The notes: generated from the letters alone by a model not told the origin. Positions 1-12,932 are shown, counted from the first letter of the stretch. The stretch: 64,000 nucleotides of DNA from Dimorphilus gyrociliatus (GCA_904063045.1 CAJFCJ010000023.1:372001-436000), one strand, 5' to 3'. A program made the numbers and translations.

Positions 1-20
1 ACGTACATTCTCTGTCTCAC

Positions 21-44
21 TCTCTCTCTCTCTCTCTCTCTCTC
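21..44. repeat. (CT)n microsatellite
   Basis: Direct reading of the sequence. Confidence 0.95.
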
Positions 45-493
45 GTTCACAACACTTAAGTGTTAACAAAAAAAAAGAAATGAAAAATCCTTTTCTATTT
101 TAAAAAGTTGGACTTTTTTTTTCTACTCCATTGTTAATTTAACCTACTAAAACTAACTTACAATATCGTGAGGTTTTTATTGCTAAATATGTTACATGGT
201 ATATTTTATTCAAGATGAATATATTGCTAACCGATTTATATATCATCATCATATGGCATTACAATTCAAATAGAAATCGATTGATTTTGTTTTTTTTTAT
301 TAACAACAATATCTAAAGTTTAGAAACAGGTTTTTTAACGGGGAGGGTTTTTTTAAGTAATTTAGAGGTTAAGCTGGAGTAAGTGTTTTTTTTTTGCTCT
401 ATCTCTCTCTCTCTCTCTCTCTTGGAGAGCTCTTTTAAATGCATAGCCTATTTAATCATTCAATTAATAGTCTATGAGAAAAATTTCACTTAC

Positions 494-1866
494 GATTAGT
501 TCGGATTTTAATCCATTCTTCTCGTCTGTATCGTCGAGTATTTCTTCTTGTCCAACTACTCCTCTTGTCCAATACAATTTCGGTTTTGGATTTCCGCTTG
601 CTGTGCAATTGAATGTAACCATCTTATTAGCTTCCAGAGACACTCTGCTCCTCTCACACGTTAAGACGGGCTTATATATCACATTAACTTGGGCAGAAGC
701 TTCTAGTTTATTCTTTCCCAATTCGGCAACACATCGTAAATCTTTACCGTGAAAATGACGAAAAGTCTTGGTGACCTGTCTGAGCAATGTTACATAGACA
801 TTGGCAGTTCTAGCGCAGCTTGTTTCAAACCATTCAAAAGCTTCATCTTGAGTTTTTGAATCATCTACTATAAAAAAGCTAGTCACATCCTCATTTTCTG
901 AGAAAATACGTACGGATGGCATAACTAGCGTTTTCTCTGCAAAGACACGACATCCAATACTAATACCCTGATCGCTTTCATTAACTTTAACAGCAGTTAA
1001 TGTATTATACGTAGCATTACTATCCTGCTGCAGTTGGATTCTTTCAACAATTTCAGCCGATACCAATTTACCAGGTACAGTATAATTACGAAATTCGGTT
1101 TTAATGCCACCTTTTTGCCACGAACAATAATAATTGCCACTATCTTCCGGTTGAGCATTAGTTATTTGCAATGAGAAATAGGCAACATCTTGAGATACTT
1201 CAAAAGAGGTTTTAAAACGTTGGCAATCCTTTTTCAGACCTACTTGACCTTTCATAAGAATATCTTCTTTATCTCTAGTCAGTTTACGTATGGAAATACT
1301 AGCATCGGCGCCTTTCGCTTCGCAGAATATATTTATTTCATCGCCAACGTTCAGCTCGGAAGATGGAGTAGACTTTTCATTCAGCAGTAGAGATGCTGCT
1401 TCGTTAAGGCCTAAAGTAGTAATTAGGGAAAAAACAAAGTCAATTATATAAATAGATTAAAAACGCATTTGTTTTATTCATTTTCCAAAAGACAATTAGT
1501 CAATTTATTAAGACGCCTTATAAATAAGATATCGAGTTTAAGAGACGTCGCTCTCTTACCTCACCTTGTATTATTTACAGGTTTTTTTCCAATAAACATT
1601 TCATAATCAGTGTCACAACTAAACTAAACTATATTATGTTGAATAATATGATAAAAATGAAACTACTATCGCTATTAAACATCATATTTATGGAATTAAT
1701 TCAAACATTCTATTCAAAAAACCGATAGTTAACAGAAGGAAAAGATGACTGTTTTGCCTCTAAAATTGATTTATTCCTATTTAAAACATATGAAAAAATT
1801 CGTCAGATTCTTACCTGAATCTTTTAAAATTACTGCTAAAACTATAAAAATCCTATAGGAAACCAT
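494..1866 (-). CDS. Immunoglobulin-superfamily cell-surface/secreted protein (signal peptide, V-type Ig, C2-like Ig, start of a third Ig domain). 3' part probably lies left of the window.
   Basis: Exon 1 1866-1815 encodes MVSYRIFIVLAVILKDS-G, a signal-peptide-like start with a phase-1 gtaaga donor. Exon 2 1410-494 follows a ...actttag acceptor and is in frame with ORF 464..1255. It contains Ig motifs IFCEAKG...LQITNAQPEDSGNYYC, IGCRV...DLRCVAE and FNCTASGNPKPKLYW. A gtaagt donor at 493 precedes the ORF stop, and the third domain lacks its second Cys, so the gene is incomplete here. Confidence 0.85.
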
Positions 1867-3312
1867 GTTTAAAGGCTTCCGTTACGATGATAATATTATT
1901 TTCCCCTTCAAAATGGCGCGTCGGCGGTTATGGCGCTTTAAGCGGGGAAAATAGAAATAGTATGGTTCGACATTCATTGAGTTGACAGATGGCTAAAAAT
2001 TAGCCTGGGATAGCGAACCAAATCAGATTGAATGAATGAGTCGAGGGTGACACCTAGTTCTGTGAAATCTTTGCCCATATTATACAGTATTAGGTATATA
2101 GGGAAAAATGTATTATATATGTAAATATAGAGAGAAATTTCTTCTCTTAAACAATCGTCTGTGTTTATTCGTATATTAGAAATTGTATACTCTACGTATA
2201 GGTTTATTCAGAGCGAAACAACGCTGAAGGAATGCCAATGGGTAACTACTACTCATTACATGCAATAGCCTCAATGAATGTACAATAAACTCGCAAACAA
2301 TAATCTAATTCCCATTAAACTTTATCAATAATCATCTGTTCCATCCCCGAAACAATATTGAAAAAATATACGTAATCAATATGGAATTTCTATCAATTTC
2401 CCTACCTTTTTTTCATCAAGGCACGGCACAAAAAATCTATATAACGTTGCGTTTGGCATACGTGTATGCGTACGTACATGTTGCGCCAAAACACTGAACA
2501 TTTATACAACTTTCTATACACCATTTTCATTTACCATAGTTGGAGCTATTGTTAGGCAATTGATGATTTGATCCTGATTAGGAGGATATAGGCGAGTGCG
2601 TTGAGATTAGGACTTAGATTGAAGGATTTTACTATACACAGGAATTGTGGGGGCGGAGATAGAGAAAAGAGTGAAATTCTATGGCCAAAATACATATAAA
2701 GAATCTATAAGAATACATTTAATAGATAAATTATATCTCCTCCATTTATATTATCCACTCTTCTCAATTGTTCGTATAATATATACACGTTTTTATCGAA
2801 AAGGAATGTGTTAAGGAAGCGAACCGAGGAGACATCGCTTCGTTGAAATTTCTATATACTTTGAAGCAATTAAAATTGAATAAAACAGTTTGAACGCTCT
2901 TAAACAGCCGTGTAATTAAGCCCTTATACTCTTTCTTCACTCGTTCAAAATTCCTTTGCCGAAAGCTACTTTCTAATTATAAATATCGTCGCGACGCTTC
3001 CGGATCACTAACAAAATTTCCACTATATGGCGCTAACGTATTGTCCCATTGTTCAATCACGTGACCTTGTCAATAGCCAATAGGTACCGAGTCGAATCTT
3101 TGGCAAGTAGATCAAAATTCCTTGGACGTTCAAGCAGATCGTTACAAATTCGGTTGTAAACAGAGAGAAATATTTAGAAAAGAAAGTTTACGGTTACAGG
3201 CTCATCTGACATTTGAACAATTGAACAAACGGAAGATATCTTCAACAAGACAAACTTTCTCACCAACATTTGGCGTCTTTACTTTGAAGCAAGTTAAAGA
3301 ATTATAACAGAG

Positions 3313-5863
3313 ATGACGGCTCCCCGACCAAAAAAGGTATAAGCGAAATGTTTTTAATTAATTATTGAGTAAGAAAGAGAGAAAGTACACGTATGCGAAT
3401 GTGTGCAATAGAATAAGACAGAGAGAGTGGCAAAGAGAAATAGAAAGATAGGAAAAGGGGACAATGGAAGAGAGTAATATCGAAAATAGAAAAAGACCAC
3501 ATATATTGCAGTCATAGCTAATTATTGCGGATGAATGATTATTATTAAATATAAGATAGACAATATCATTCGATAAAACTTCAATTAAGATACTGAAATA
3601 TTTTTAAAATATCGACGGTTAGAAATTCAAAAATGAAAAAAAAATAAGTCACTTATCCTACGCTCTGATAGGCCAAACGAAATCCTAACCGATGGAAATT
3701 CAAAACCGCTTCCAACCACCCTTTTTCTCTTGCATTCTTCAAAGGAAGGCCTATAAAAATTTACGACTGCAGGTGGTCGAATAAAGAGCGTCATTTTGAA
3801 CGGCCCTGAAGGGGCTACCGTGCAACTATGGCATTAACTATTGTAGAAATTCTGATTGGTGTCTTTTCGGGACAAATCAAGCAATGTGCCATTTAAGGAA
3901 TCTCTCTACCGTATTTTAAACCTATAATTATCAAAATGAGAAGAGAGTTTCTTGTTCTTTCTATTAAATTTTTCGTCGAATTTTTCAGATATATCGAATG
4001 GTTGTCGGTGAAATTTGTAAAAAGATTAAAAGGAAGTATCGGAAAAAGCCGAACAAAGAATATAAACGACTTAAGTCTATCGTTCCATCGGTGAGGAATG
4101 TACCTAAAGTCGACAAGGTATGTACTTTCTTTACATTACTTCTGCTCCGACTCCACCCATTTCATTTCTTCTTTTTCTTCCTTTATTCATCTTTTATTTG
4201 ATATTAAATGTTGTTTCTTACTTTCACTCTCTCTCTTCTCTTTACAGATAGAATTAATAGAGGAGGCTATAAAATACATAGATCAACTTCATTATCAACT
4301 AGCCGAACGTTTAGGATTACCGAATGGTGAGTTATTTTCTCCGTTCCATTTCGTTCGTCCCTAATGGTGGCGTTGGTTTACATGATTTACATATAAAACC
4401 AACCGTAAACAAGACCATACCTAACAAGGAAAAACAATACCGGCTTATCTTATTCCGAATAATTTAAATATTTATCAAAATCTTTTTTTTGCTGGAATAT
4501 TTCCCACAAAAGTAATTTGTCATTGAAACTCCTCCCTTGAGCTTCGAAGCCCGTTTGACCCTAATTAACATATTCCCCTTGACCTCTTGCGTTGCTTTGT
4601 TGGACGGGAAGAGACCAATGCGGTGTATTAATAAAAGAATAAGGGGTCGAGTGCTATTTTAGGTAGAAAGGACCATACAGTCTGTAGTGGTCTTGCGTAA
4701 AAGCCTTTGTTCACATTACGTAATACTTTCTAATTATACATGAACTAGCTTACGTAACCAAGAGGGTACAACTGCCCTAATTTGACACTTTTGAATTGTT
4801 TGAAGAGGGGCGATAAATCATGGATATGAGAGGCCAAATAAGAGGAAAAGGAAGAGAAAACTAAAGATAGCAATAACGAACTAAAGATAACAAAGTAGCA
4901 ATCTTATTTAAATAGTATTAGGAAGTTAAAGCTTGAATAAGCAAAAAAAGGTTATATAGTAAAGGGAATAAAGGATACGCTAAAGGAATTTTTATAGATG
5001 TTCCGGAAGTGTATATTTACACATAAATTATTTTAATCGCCTAGAAATATGCAAATTTTTTAATATAGATATGATTTATATTTAAAGAATGACTTTTATT
5101 ATGATATACACTGCATCTCATCAATTACTTTTTATAAAAAATTATCACTTTTACGTTTCCCACGTACCAGCAGACGCTATCATTTACTTCCTCTATCAAC
5201 AATAAAATCTAGCAAATTTTAAGTGTTCAATGGCTACTTGAAAGATAACCTTAAACCTATTCAATCTTTCTTCCCACGGGAAACTGTCCCTCATGCATAT
5301 GTAAATAAGGAGTCATGATACAAAACCTTTCCACACCTGGCTGTCGTAGGTGGCCTACGAATTTTTCGCATACCTTAATAGGCCTAGTGGAAAACTGATT
5401 GAACAGGTGGATAGAAGAAAGGTAGATGAAAAGAAAGCGACTAATAGTTACCATTAATCCGACAGTTTAAAACTTTTCTGTAAAAATTAATTAAAACTGT
5501 TTGATTTAATTGGATATGTTTTTATTAACAGAGAAATTCACTACGACAAACGGACAAGTTGACGCTCAAAAATTCGTTGAACAATTACAAATGAAAATAC
5601 CGAATTCTCTACCTCCCTACTTACAAAGCAGACAAACAACGTGCCAAACTAACAACGATGCAGACTGCAAAGAACGCCAATTAGTAAGTATGAATGGGTC
5701 ACGTGACGCGTAACATTGACTACCCCCGAGGCTGTGAATTTTTTTGTTCATAGTTTATAGTTGACACTAAATAAACGAGCGTGTCATCGCCCATCTCGTT
5801 GTTTGAATTATTCGCCACCTGTTCAAGAATTTGTATTGTTTGCAGGTCGAACGCGTTCGATGA
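3313..5863 (+). CDS. Small (~133 aa) helix-loop-helix protein, Id/Emc-like, with an atypical basic region
   Basis: Exons 3313-3336, 3989-4117, 4248-4326, 5532-5683 and 5846-5863 all have GT-AG boundaries and compatible phases. The spliced HLH reads EYKRLKSIVPSVRNVPKVDK|IELIEEAIKYIDQLHYQL. The last exon is less certain; the alternative is read-through to the stop at 5713. Confidence 0.8.
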
Positions 5864-7772
5864 TTGAAGGGATGCTGGTTGACGAGGACGATTCGTCATT
5901 GTTGAACTTTACTCCTATTCGACGTAAAGCAAAACTTGTTTTCTTGTTTTTTATTTTTACCCTTTTTATGGATTTTTTATTATTGTTCTATTTCTTGTTT
6001 AAAACGCATTCAACGTATTGTCGTTAAAGAAAAATCTCTGTGATCTATGGGCTAAGACGTTTATCCCACCTTCTCTTCCTTTTTAATAATAATAAACATG
6101 TATAGATGCAATAGATTACTACCTTTTACTTTTGATTATTATTATATTGCTATTATTATTATTATTAACACTATCGACTCGATACCTTCTCCCTATCCTC
6201 GTCAGACTCCCCACCTTCTTTTTACTTCTTCCCTTTCTCATTGCCAGACTTAACCCTAATAAAAACCATTTACGAGCAAGGTCTTTCTATTTAGGTCAAT
6301 GATAAATGCAACTAACCCTGGCTAAAATTTCGATTACAAACAAATGTAAAAAGTCGTTGTAAAGTTTAAGAGGAGGACTATATATGTATTTTTTTACCGC
6401 TTGGTCACACACTACGACGTTGATGGAAGCAGGGATCTATGAAGAATTTCTACTGGAAATAATGCGTAGACAGTTGTATATTATCAGCACTTTTATATTT
6501 CAATACATAATGTTGGAATTCCTGTTAGAAGTGTGAATAGTTTTATTCATTTCATAGGGATAGACTGGCATATAAAAGTAATAGAGAAGATTATTATTTA
6601 AAAGGATTTTCTTCCGTTAATTGTTTTTAATTTATTCTTGACAGGTTCGACATTTTATAAATAAATTAGGAAAATTGTAAAATCTATGCCGCTATCTTGT
6701 ATATTTTTTTCTCTTTCTCTTTTACTCTCTTTCTCTCTTTCTTTCCATTGAGCCTTTTCATTTAATTTAATCCTTAAAAAAACTAGGTGTGTTTTTTCAC
6801 GAGTGTCGGCGCTTTTGTAGTGGTTTACCTTCGTGGGAACCAAATTTCCCCCACACTTTCTTCTTAGTACATTTTTACGGAGTACCTGGTCATACAGACT
6901 GATATATGCCATTCCTAATAATATTTAGCCTTAATATGTGCGTATGCTTTCTCTCATAGTTGATTTAATTAAACAATCTCCATTTTTTTCTTTTCATTCT
7001 TAACAATCATAACGTCTCTCCGAGTGTCATAATAGGTGGAGCTGTTGAAGACTTTTAATTGTAGAATAAGCCAAAGGGCCGGATGAGGACAGAAAGATAG
7101 TATTAATAGATAGAATAAGGGAGAAAAGAGAGAGAGAGAAAGAGAAAGAGAAAGAGAGAGAGAGGAGCAAAAGCAAGAATTGCTAAACGAGGTTAAGAGT
7201 AATTGAGGGAAGGGAAAGTGAGAGAAAGGTGGAAAAGATCTTTTTGAATAAACAAGTAATTTGTTTTAAGAGGTTTTCTCTTTATTTTGATATAAAAAAA
7301 ATATTAAATCTAGACTTTGCTGTAAGATAAATAGACATATTCTATTAATTTTTTACTTCTTTAACTGAACTGAGAGTTGTTGAGTTTATATACGCTATCC
7401 TAATCGTTCATATTTGGATGATGATTATACAGAGTATGTGTGCTCTCTATAAAGATTATATCCACGCTGCACATGTAACACACTCATCATGTACAAACAC
7501 ACATATATACGTATACACACACAAACATATATAGATATACATTATACACAGTATACATATATATTTATAAATAGATATGCTGTTGTAAATCCTTTGGCAT
7601 ATACGATACAGATATACTGGATATATTAAATTTAGTCCTGTATATGTGGCTTTATAATATTACAAAAAAAATATATCATTAGTTATAAATCTCTATTTTT
7701 TTATTTTACTCTTATGGCGTCTATTTGAAGCGTTTAACTTTGAACGTTACTCTTTGATTACTGGTTTTTATA

Positions 7773-8525
7773 TTAGAATTCGAATATAGGGTTAGAATGG
7801 CCTTGAAAATCAATTGTGGCGTGGTAGTTTACCAGGGTAGACTTTTTCCCTCTCTTCTTAAATTTCAAGTAACAAATTAATTGCATAGATAGAACAAAAA
7901 GGGTTTTAGTAATAAGAATCGGAACGAACAAAGTCAAATATATTGATTTTGCTCTACCAGGACATGTTGAACAATTAAATGAAACGTAAAGAAACAAGGT
8001 GAAATTAATTAGACAAAAAGCGATGACGTGATTTAAGTATGAATAGGCAGGCCTAACCTTATACGTAATTACCATCTGTACTGTACCAATAAGGACAATT
8101 ATTGATGTTATAATAACCAAATAAGATCTTTGATAGAATTTTGTCCAGTCGCATACTTTAATCGAACTGGATTGATTCCAACCGAGTAGAGGAGAAAAAC
8201 CTAGTCCAAGAGAGAAATTCCACAATAAAATAAATATGGTTATTTTCTGCAAGTTAGTCAATTGGAAAATGAGCGTGAATCCTTCGGCTAAGATGGCTGT
8301 CACTAAAAATGATTCGGCCAGGAAGCAGTTGGTAAACGAATAGCCGAATAGAGTCTGACAGGTCTTGACAATAGCCCAAGTTCCGGTGAGTAGATGGACG
8401 ATGGCGGATGAAGTGAGTAAAAAGTTTGGTGGATAGAACGATAGTACAAATAATAAAAAGCTTAAAAGACCAATAATACAAGCGAAAATGAGACAAACAA
8501 TAACTGCTGCATTAGGTATGTTCAT
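7773..8525 (-). CDS. Intronless compact 7-transmembrane protein (~250 aa), divergent rhodopsin-class GPCR-like
   Basis: Open frame 7773..8540, first ATG at 8525. Seven hydrophobic segments, a Cys at the top of TM3 (FTNCFL), and a TM4/ECL2 motif FSPLLGWN...VCDW typical of class A GPCRs. No DRY or NPxxY motif. Confidence 0.65.
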   Translation of the reverse strand: MNIPNAAVIVCLIFACIIGLLSFLLFVLSFYPPNFLLTSSAIVHLLTGTWAIVKTCQTLFGYSFTNCFLAESFLVTAILAEGFTLIFQLTNLQKITIFILLWNFSLGLGFSPLLGWNQSSSIKVCDWTKFYQRSYLVIITSIIVLIGTVQMVITYKVRPAYSYLNHVIAFCLINFTLFLYVSFNCSTCPGRAKSIYLTLFVPILITKTLFVLSMQLICYLKFKKRGKKSTLVNYHATIDFQGHSNPIFEF

Positions 8526-9474
8526 CCTCCGCAAGAACAATTAAGAATAATGAAGAAAGAAGATAAGAAAAGAGAGAGAGAGAGAGAGTGAGAAAGAAGG
8601 AAAGATTACCTATCACGCATTATAACGTATTAGATATGAATATAGATATAGATATAATGTATATAAATATGGTGGATGTGCAGATGTATAGAATAAAAGA
8701 TAATGAGAAAGATGGTGAATGTATCCACTCATAAAATTTGCTCTGATTCTTTCCTAGCAGGCAGCATGAAATATAAAACTGATGTATATCAATAAGTACC
8801 ACTGTTTATACTTATAGAGTAATTTCACTTTAAAATGTCATACGTATAGATTAACGGAAAAAATTGTTGCTTGGTGATAAATTGCGTGATTCAGTACTGT
8901 TTGCCGAAAAGCTTTTATTATCTTTATCTTTGTAAATTGTCACTTTACTCACCATGACGGATCGCAAATCTTTCAGATTGTAATTAACCCGATTTTGCAC
9001 TCTTTTTCCTTAGTCTATCATTAGCGTTCCCTATAAGCACGGATGAAAGGATAGGTTAAAAGTTTCTACTAACTCCACAAAAAGCACTTTAGTCGGCAGA
9101 TTTTCGTTAATTTTCTCTTTAATTAGTATCAGTGCAAGTAGATAAGGTTAATATAAGCGTATATCATTTGCGTGACAACCTTTGGCTTTGAAATAATAAA
9201 CGACGAAAGCTCCATCTATTTCTTACAGAACTTATTTCTATATTTGCTTTGAAGATTCATTGTATTAATTAAATAACGAACCACCTCTTAGCCTATACTA
9301 CAACCTTTAATCAGATGTATTTCTAAGGGGTTAATTGTTAAATTCTATGAAGAAGGTAAACATTATTGGTGTTCGAGGAACTTCAATTCGTTTATATTCT
9401 CTGGAATTGTATTAAATATCAAATAATTTGTCTAAATTTGCATGGGAATGTTAGTTTCCATTTCCTTCACACTT

Positions 9475-11723
9475 TTATAAATTAATAAACGGATTCAGTC
9501 CCCGACAAGAGCTTATCAAGCAGAGCAGAATTACTGGATAGAACATAGAACTAGCTTGACGTTGGTCCGTCACTCCACTCTTTTCAAAAAGCCACGTTTG
9601 ATTGCTGTCAATTAAAGATTCACATGGACTGTCATAAAATGTACAACTGTACTTGAAACGAGTCTCGTATGATCTCATATTCCTGTAGAAAATAAAATAA
9701 ACACATGTTTTCATAGAAGTACAAAGAGAAGCGCAATCGTCTGGGTGACCAGTTAAGTGTCCAACAGATTTCTTTTCCGATGCGCACTCCTTAGAGACTT
9801 TCTTATAGTTTTTTAGTAATAATCTCTCTGTTGTAAAAAAGTTGTTGAAGCGAAAAATGGCTATTTTAATCAAATAAAGGTATTTTGTACCTATATCAAC
9901 GAGAACGTGAGTGAAGAGAATATGATGTCGAATCTTTCTAGTTTGGTATTTTACACTATTGACGCCATTCACTTGATATAGCTTAGGACGGTATGTGTTT
10001 GAAGACAATCTAAAATAAAGCAAGCAGACGAATAGTGAACAATAGTGCCTTTAATGATGATTAATAATAATAACATAAGAGAAGTAGAGAGAGGATGAAG
10101 AATGAATGAATGAATGAATGTGAATAAGTACACAGTATATTATATAATGGGTAAATATAGGTATAAAGGTGTACATATATTCAGTATATAAATTTATATA
10201 CCTGTAATAAGAGTCAGGATTCGCTATATCTCTTTTATGCTTGATCATAACATATCGGCTGATGGAGCTTGGCGCTCGACTTACGGTACCACCCAGCCTC
10301 ATCCACATATCATCGTCCTCTCCCCCATACCCGAAAATATTGTTGCTAAATCCATTTATACGGATAAAGAGTGACTTGGAAAACGATAAGGCTCCTCCTA
10401 CCAAACTAGGGTAGAATAATCTTTAATGTTTGAAAGGGGGGTTATCGGTTAGAAATATGTAAGAATGATAAACAAAGGAATTTAAAGAATTTTATTTGTT
10501 CTACTTGTAATCAAATTTATCGACGTTAGCTCCTAAATGTCTTGGGGCGTAATAGCAATTGTAGTAATTTCGTTCGTCTTGCGCAAGCATATCGACATCG
10601 TGAAAAATGAAGCAATCAACTGATGGCCAAAGTTTTGATGCCTCGAGAAATCCTATATTCATCAAGGCTGCTTTATTAAACGTATTATTCCCCTTCTGTT
10701 CTATAACTAGAACTGTATAATCAACATATTGTCGCTTTAAAAATTGCATGTAATGACGTAAAAATATCTTTAAATGGGCTTCTCTATCTCTGAACGGAAC
10801 AATTATGATAACTCTGAAATTGGGTTGGCAGATAGTAGTTTTCCCAGAATCTGTAGGGATGATAAGTAACAAGGTCGGTATATTAATGATTTTAAATTTT
10901 AATAATTGGGTTAGAAATAAGTATTAAAAGGGCTAGAAAGAACAGAGAGCAGGTATGAGGAGTGTGGAGTATACAAGTATGGAATATATACGTAATTGTT
11001 TTTTAAACAGCATCTTGGATCAGTTGGAGATGTTTCTTTCCCTTGAGGAAAGATGCTAGAACGGTGCCGCAATAAACAGGAAGTAAGCTCTGAAAGGTTT
11101 GCAAGAGGAAGTTTAGTCAAAGAAAGTATGACTAATACTTTTCAATTTTACGTTTTCGAAAAGAAATCAACTTTCCCTTAGGGAAGAAATTGATGGAAAC
11201 TTGTTTATAATAATAATCAAGATTCCGTCTTTTTCTTCCTATCTATCTTCATTTCGTATCATTTCTCTTATTTTAACAAAAAATATCTTAACCTCAATGA
11301 AAATTTACCTTTTTATTTTTTTACGTTTAAAAATAATAATGGCATTATAGAAATAATTTTTCACGTTCTCTCTGAAATTCTTTACTAACCTGACGAAATG
11401 TTTTTATATAACAACTCCAGCTCAATCCAGGTTGGCTCTGTCAGATTAATGGAAAAGCATTTGACGATGTCATCACGTATACATTTGCAATTGTTGCTGT
11501 CAAATGGACGGGAATGGTATTTTTCATGACACCATTGGAGATATTCTCTCAGGAAGTAATATTCAGGAGTCGTGTTCACGTGTTTAAGAATGGTTGCATT
11601 TATAATCTCCTCTGATAAACTTACTTGCTTGTAATCATTCGCTACGTAATGAATAGTAATAAAATAAGAGCCATACACGAGAAATATCGTTAAAATAATA
11701 AAGTGTATTTTTTTCAATCTCAT
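9475..11723 (-). CDS. GT7-family beta-1,4-galactosyl/N-acetylgalactosaminyltransferase (type II membrane) with C-terminal PAN/Apple-like domain and hydrophobic tail (~456 aa)
   Basis: Exons 11723-11390, 10850-10505, 10420-10202, 10009-9891 and 9827-9475, with consistent phases. N-terminal TM segment, then GT7 motifs IIVPFRDRE, FNKAALMNIG, FHDVD, GGEDDD, MIKH and VDIG. The frame stays open into a Cys-rich module: C-ASEKK...DDCASLCTSMKTCVYFIF...SCTFYDSPC. Confidence 0.9.
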
Positions 11724-12932
11724 TTATGAATCTTGAACAGACTTGATAAAACTATGCTCGACGGGCTCCCCTCTCCCCTTCAATTCTTTGTGACAGTTTC
11801 AAGCTGTGTATTCAGCCCAGATAGCAATAAAAGAGATAAATCGATATTATCAAAAGATTTGTTAGTAGACTGGGGTTATTACACATACCAACGTTTAAGT
11901 AGACCTAATGGAAAAGTAGGACATAGTAGATAGCAAGAAAAAGTCGGAAATACCTATTTAACGATAAAGTGAAAATCTTCAATGGTATAAATGAAATAGA
12001 ATCGAAAATATTACTAATAAATTAGTATAAGAAGATACGTTTCAAGAGTGTCATATTATTAATATCGTATATATTATGTTTAGATTATATACATATTGTT
12101 AAATAATAAAATATTGATTCTGAACGAGACGGAAATAATAACTTTATAATAGAATTATGAAAATAGTCAAGTTGTCGCTTGCAATAACCTCTTAGTATAG
12201 GCTTAGCAATAGTGGTTTTATGTCCAAAAAAGCATGAAATAAACTCAAAAAACATCTTAAATAGGATTAGAGTAAACGGGTAGGTTTTTTCCCTCTGTGT
12301 GGAAGGGAGAAGGAGGTTATGAGAAAGAGAAAGAGATAAAAATACTCTTAGAGGCTAATAGAGTAAAATTAGGGTTGTATGTAGTAGATAGTCTTAAAAG
12401 ATTAGATTAAATTCGAAAAGAGTTGGAGTATAGGCGCAGTATATAAAATTTCTCTTCCTTTCTTATAATCTTTTTATAACTGAAAGACGTTGGATGTATA
12501 ATATTTTCTAAAAATATAGTCTTATATATGTTCCATATCGCTTCTAAGAAGCGCATTCAAAGTTCGTTCCGGCAATTTCCAGATGCTAGTTAAAGTCTAT
12601 AATGAAGTGCAAATGAGGACGGAGATGTAACTTTGCGTAAAAAGAAAAGTGACAAACTGATATCTCTCTTTCCTTTTCTATTATCTCTACAGAATGTCTT
12701 GGATATTATATGCGCTTTTAGAATGTTAAAAGAATAGGAAAAATAATAAAAAGAGAAGGAAATACTACTACAAAAAGAGAAGTTCTTTTAACAGCAGGAA
12801 CTCGTAGGGAATCCTCTCGACCTGGCCTATTATAATTGCCCTTCAACTACATGCCATGCCTAACAAACATATACATGTGCACACACACATATTCCGTCCT
12901 GGTCGCTTCAGTTTCGTTTTAACGGGGTATAC

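Noticed and set aside
1-463. Next exon of the Ig gene within the window
   Set aside because: The candidate acceptors checked (about 312, 345, 227, 445) give early stops or no Ig-like continuation in the required frame; the gene probably continues outside the window.
8254-8496. 80-aa ORF inside the 7TM gene
   Set aside because: Alternative frame of the same exon.
10911-11120. Possible extra exon of the GT7 gene
   Set aside because: The best acceptor/donor pair (11089-10992) ends in phase 0, but the next exon needs phase 1; no GT7 stem similarity.
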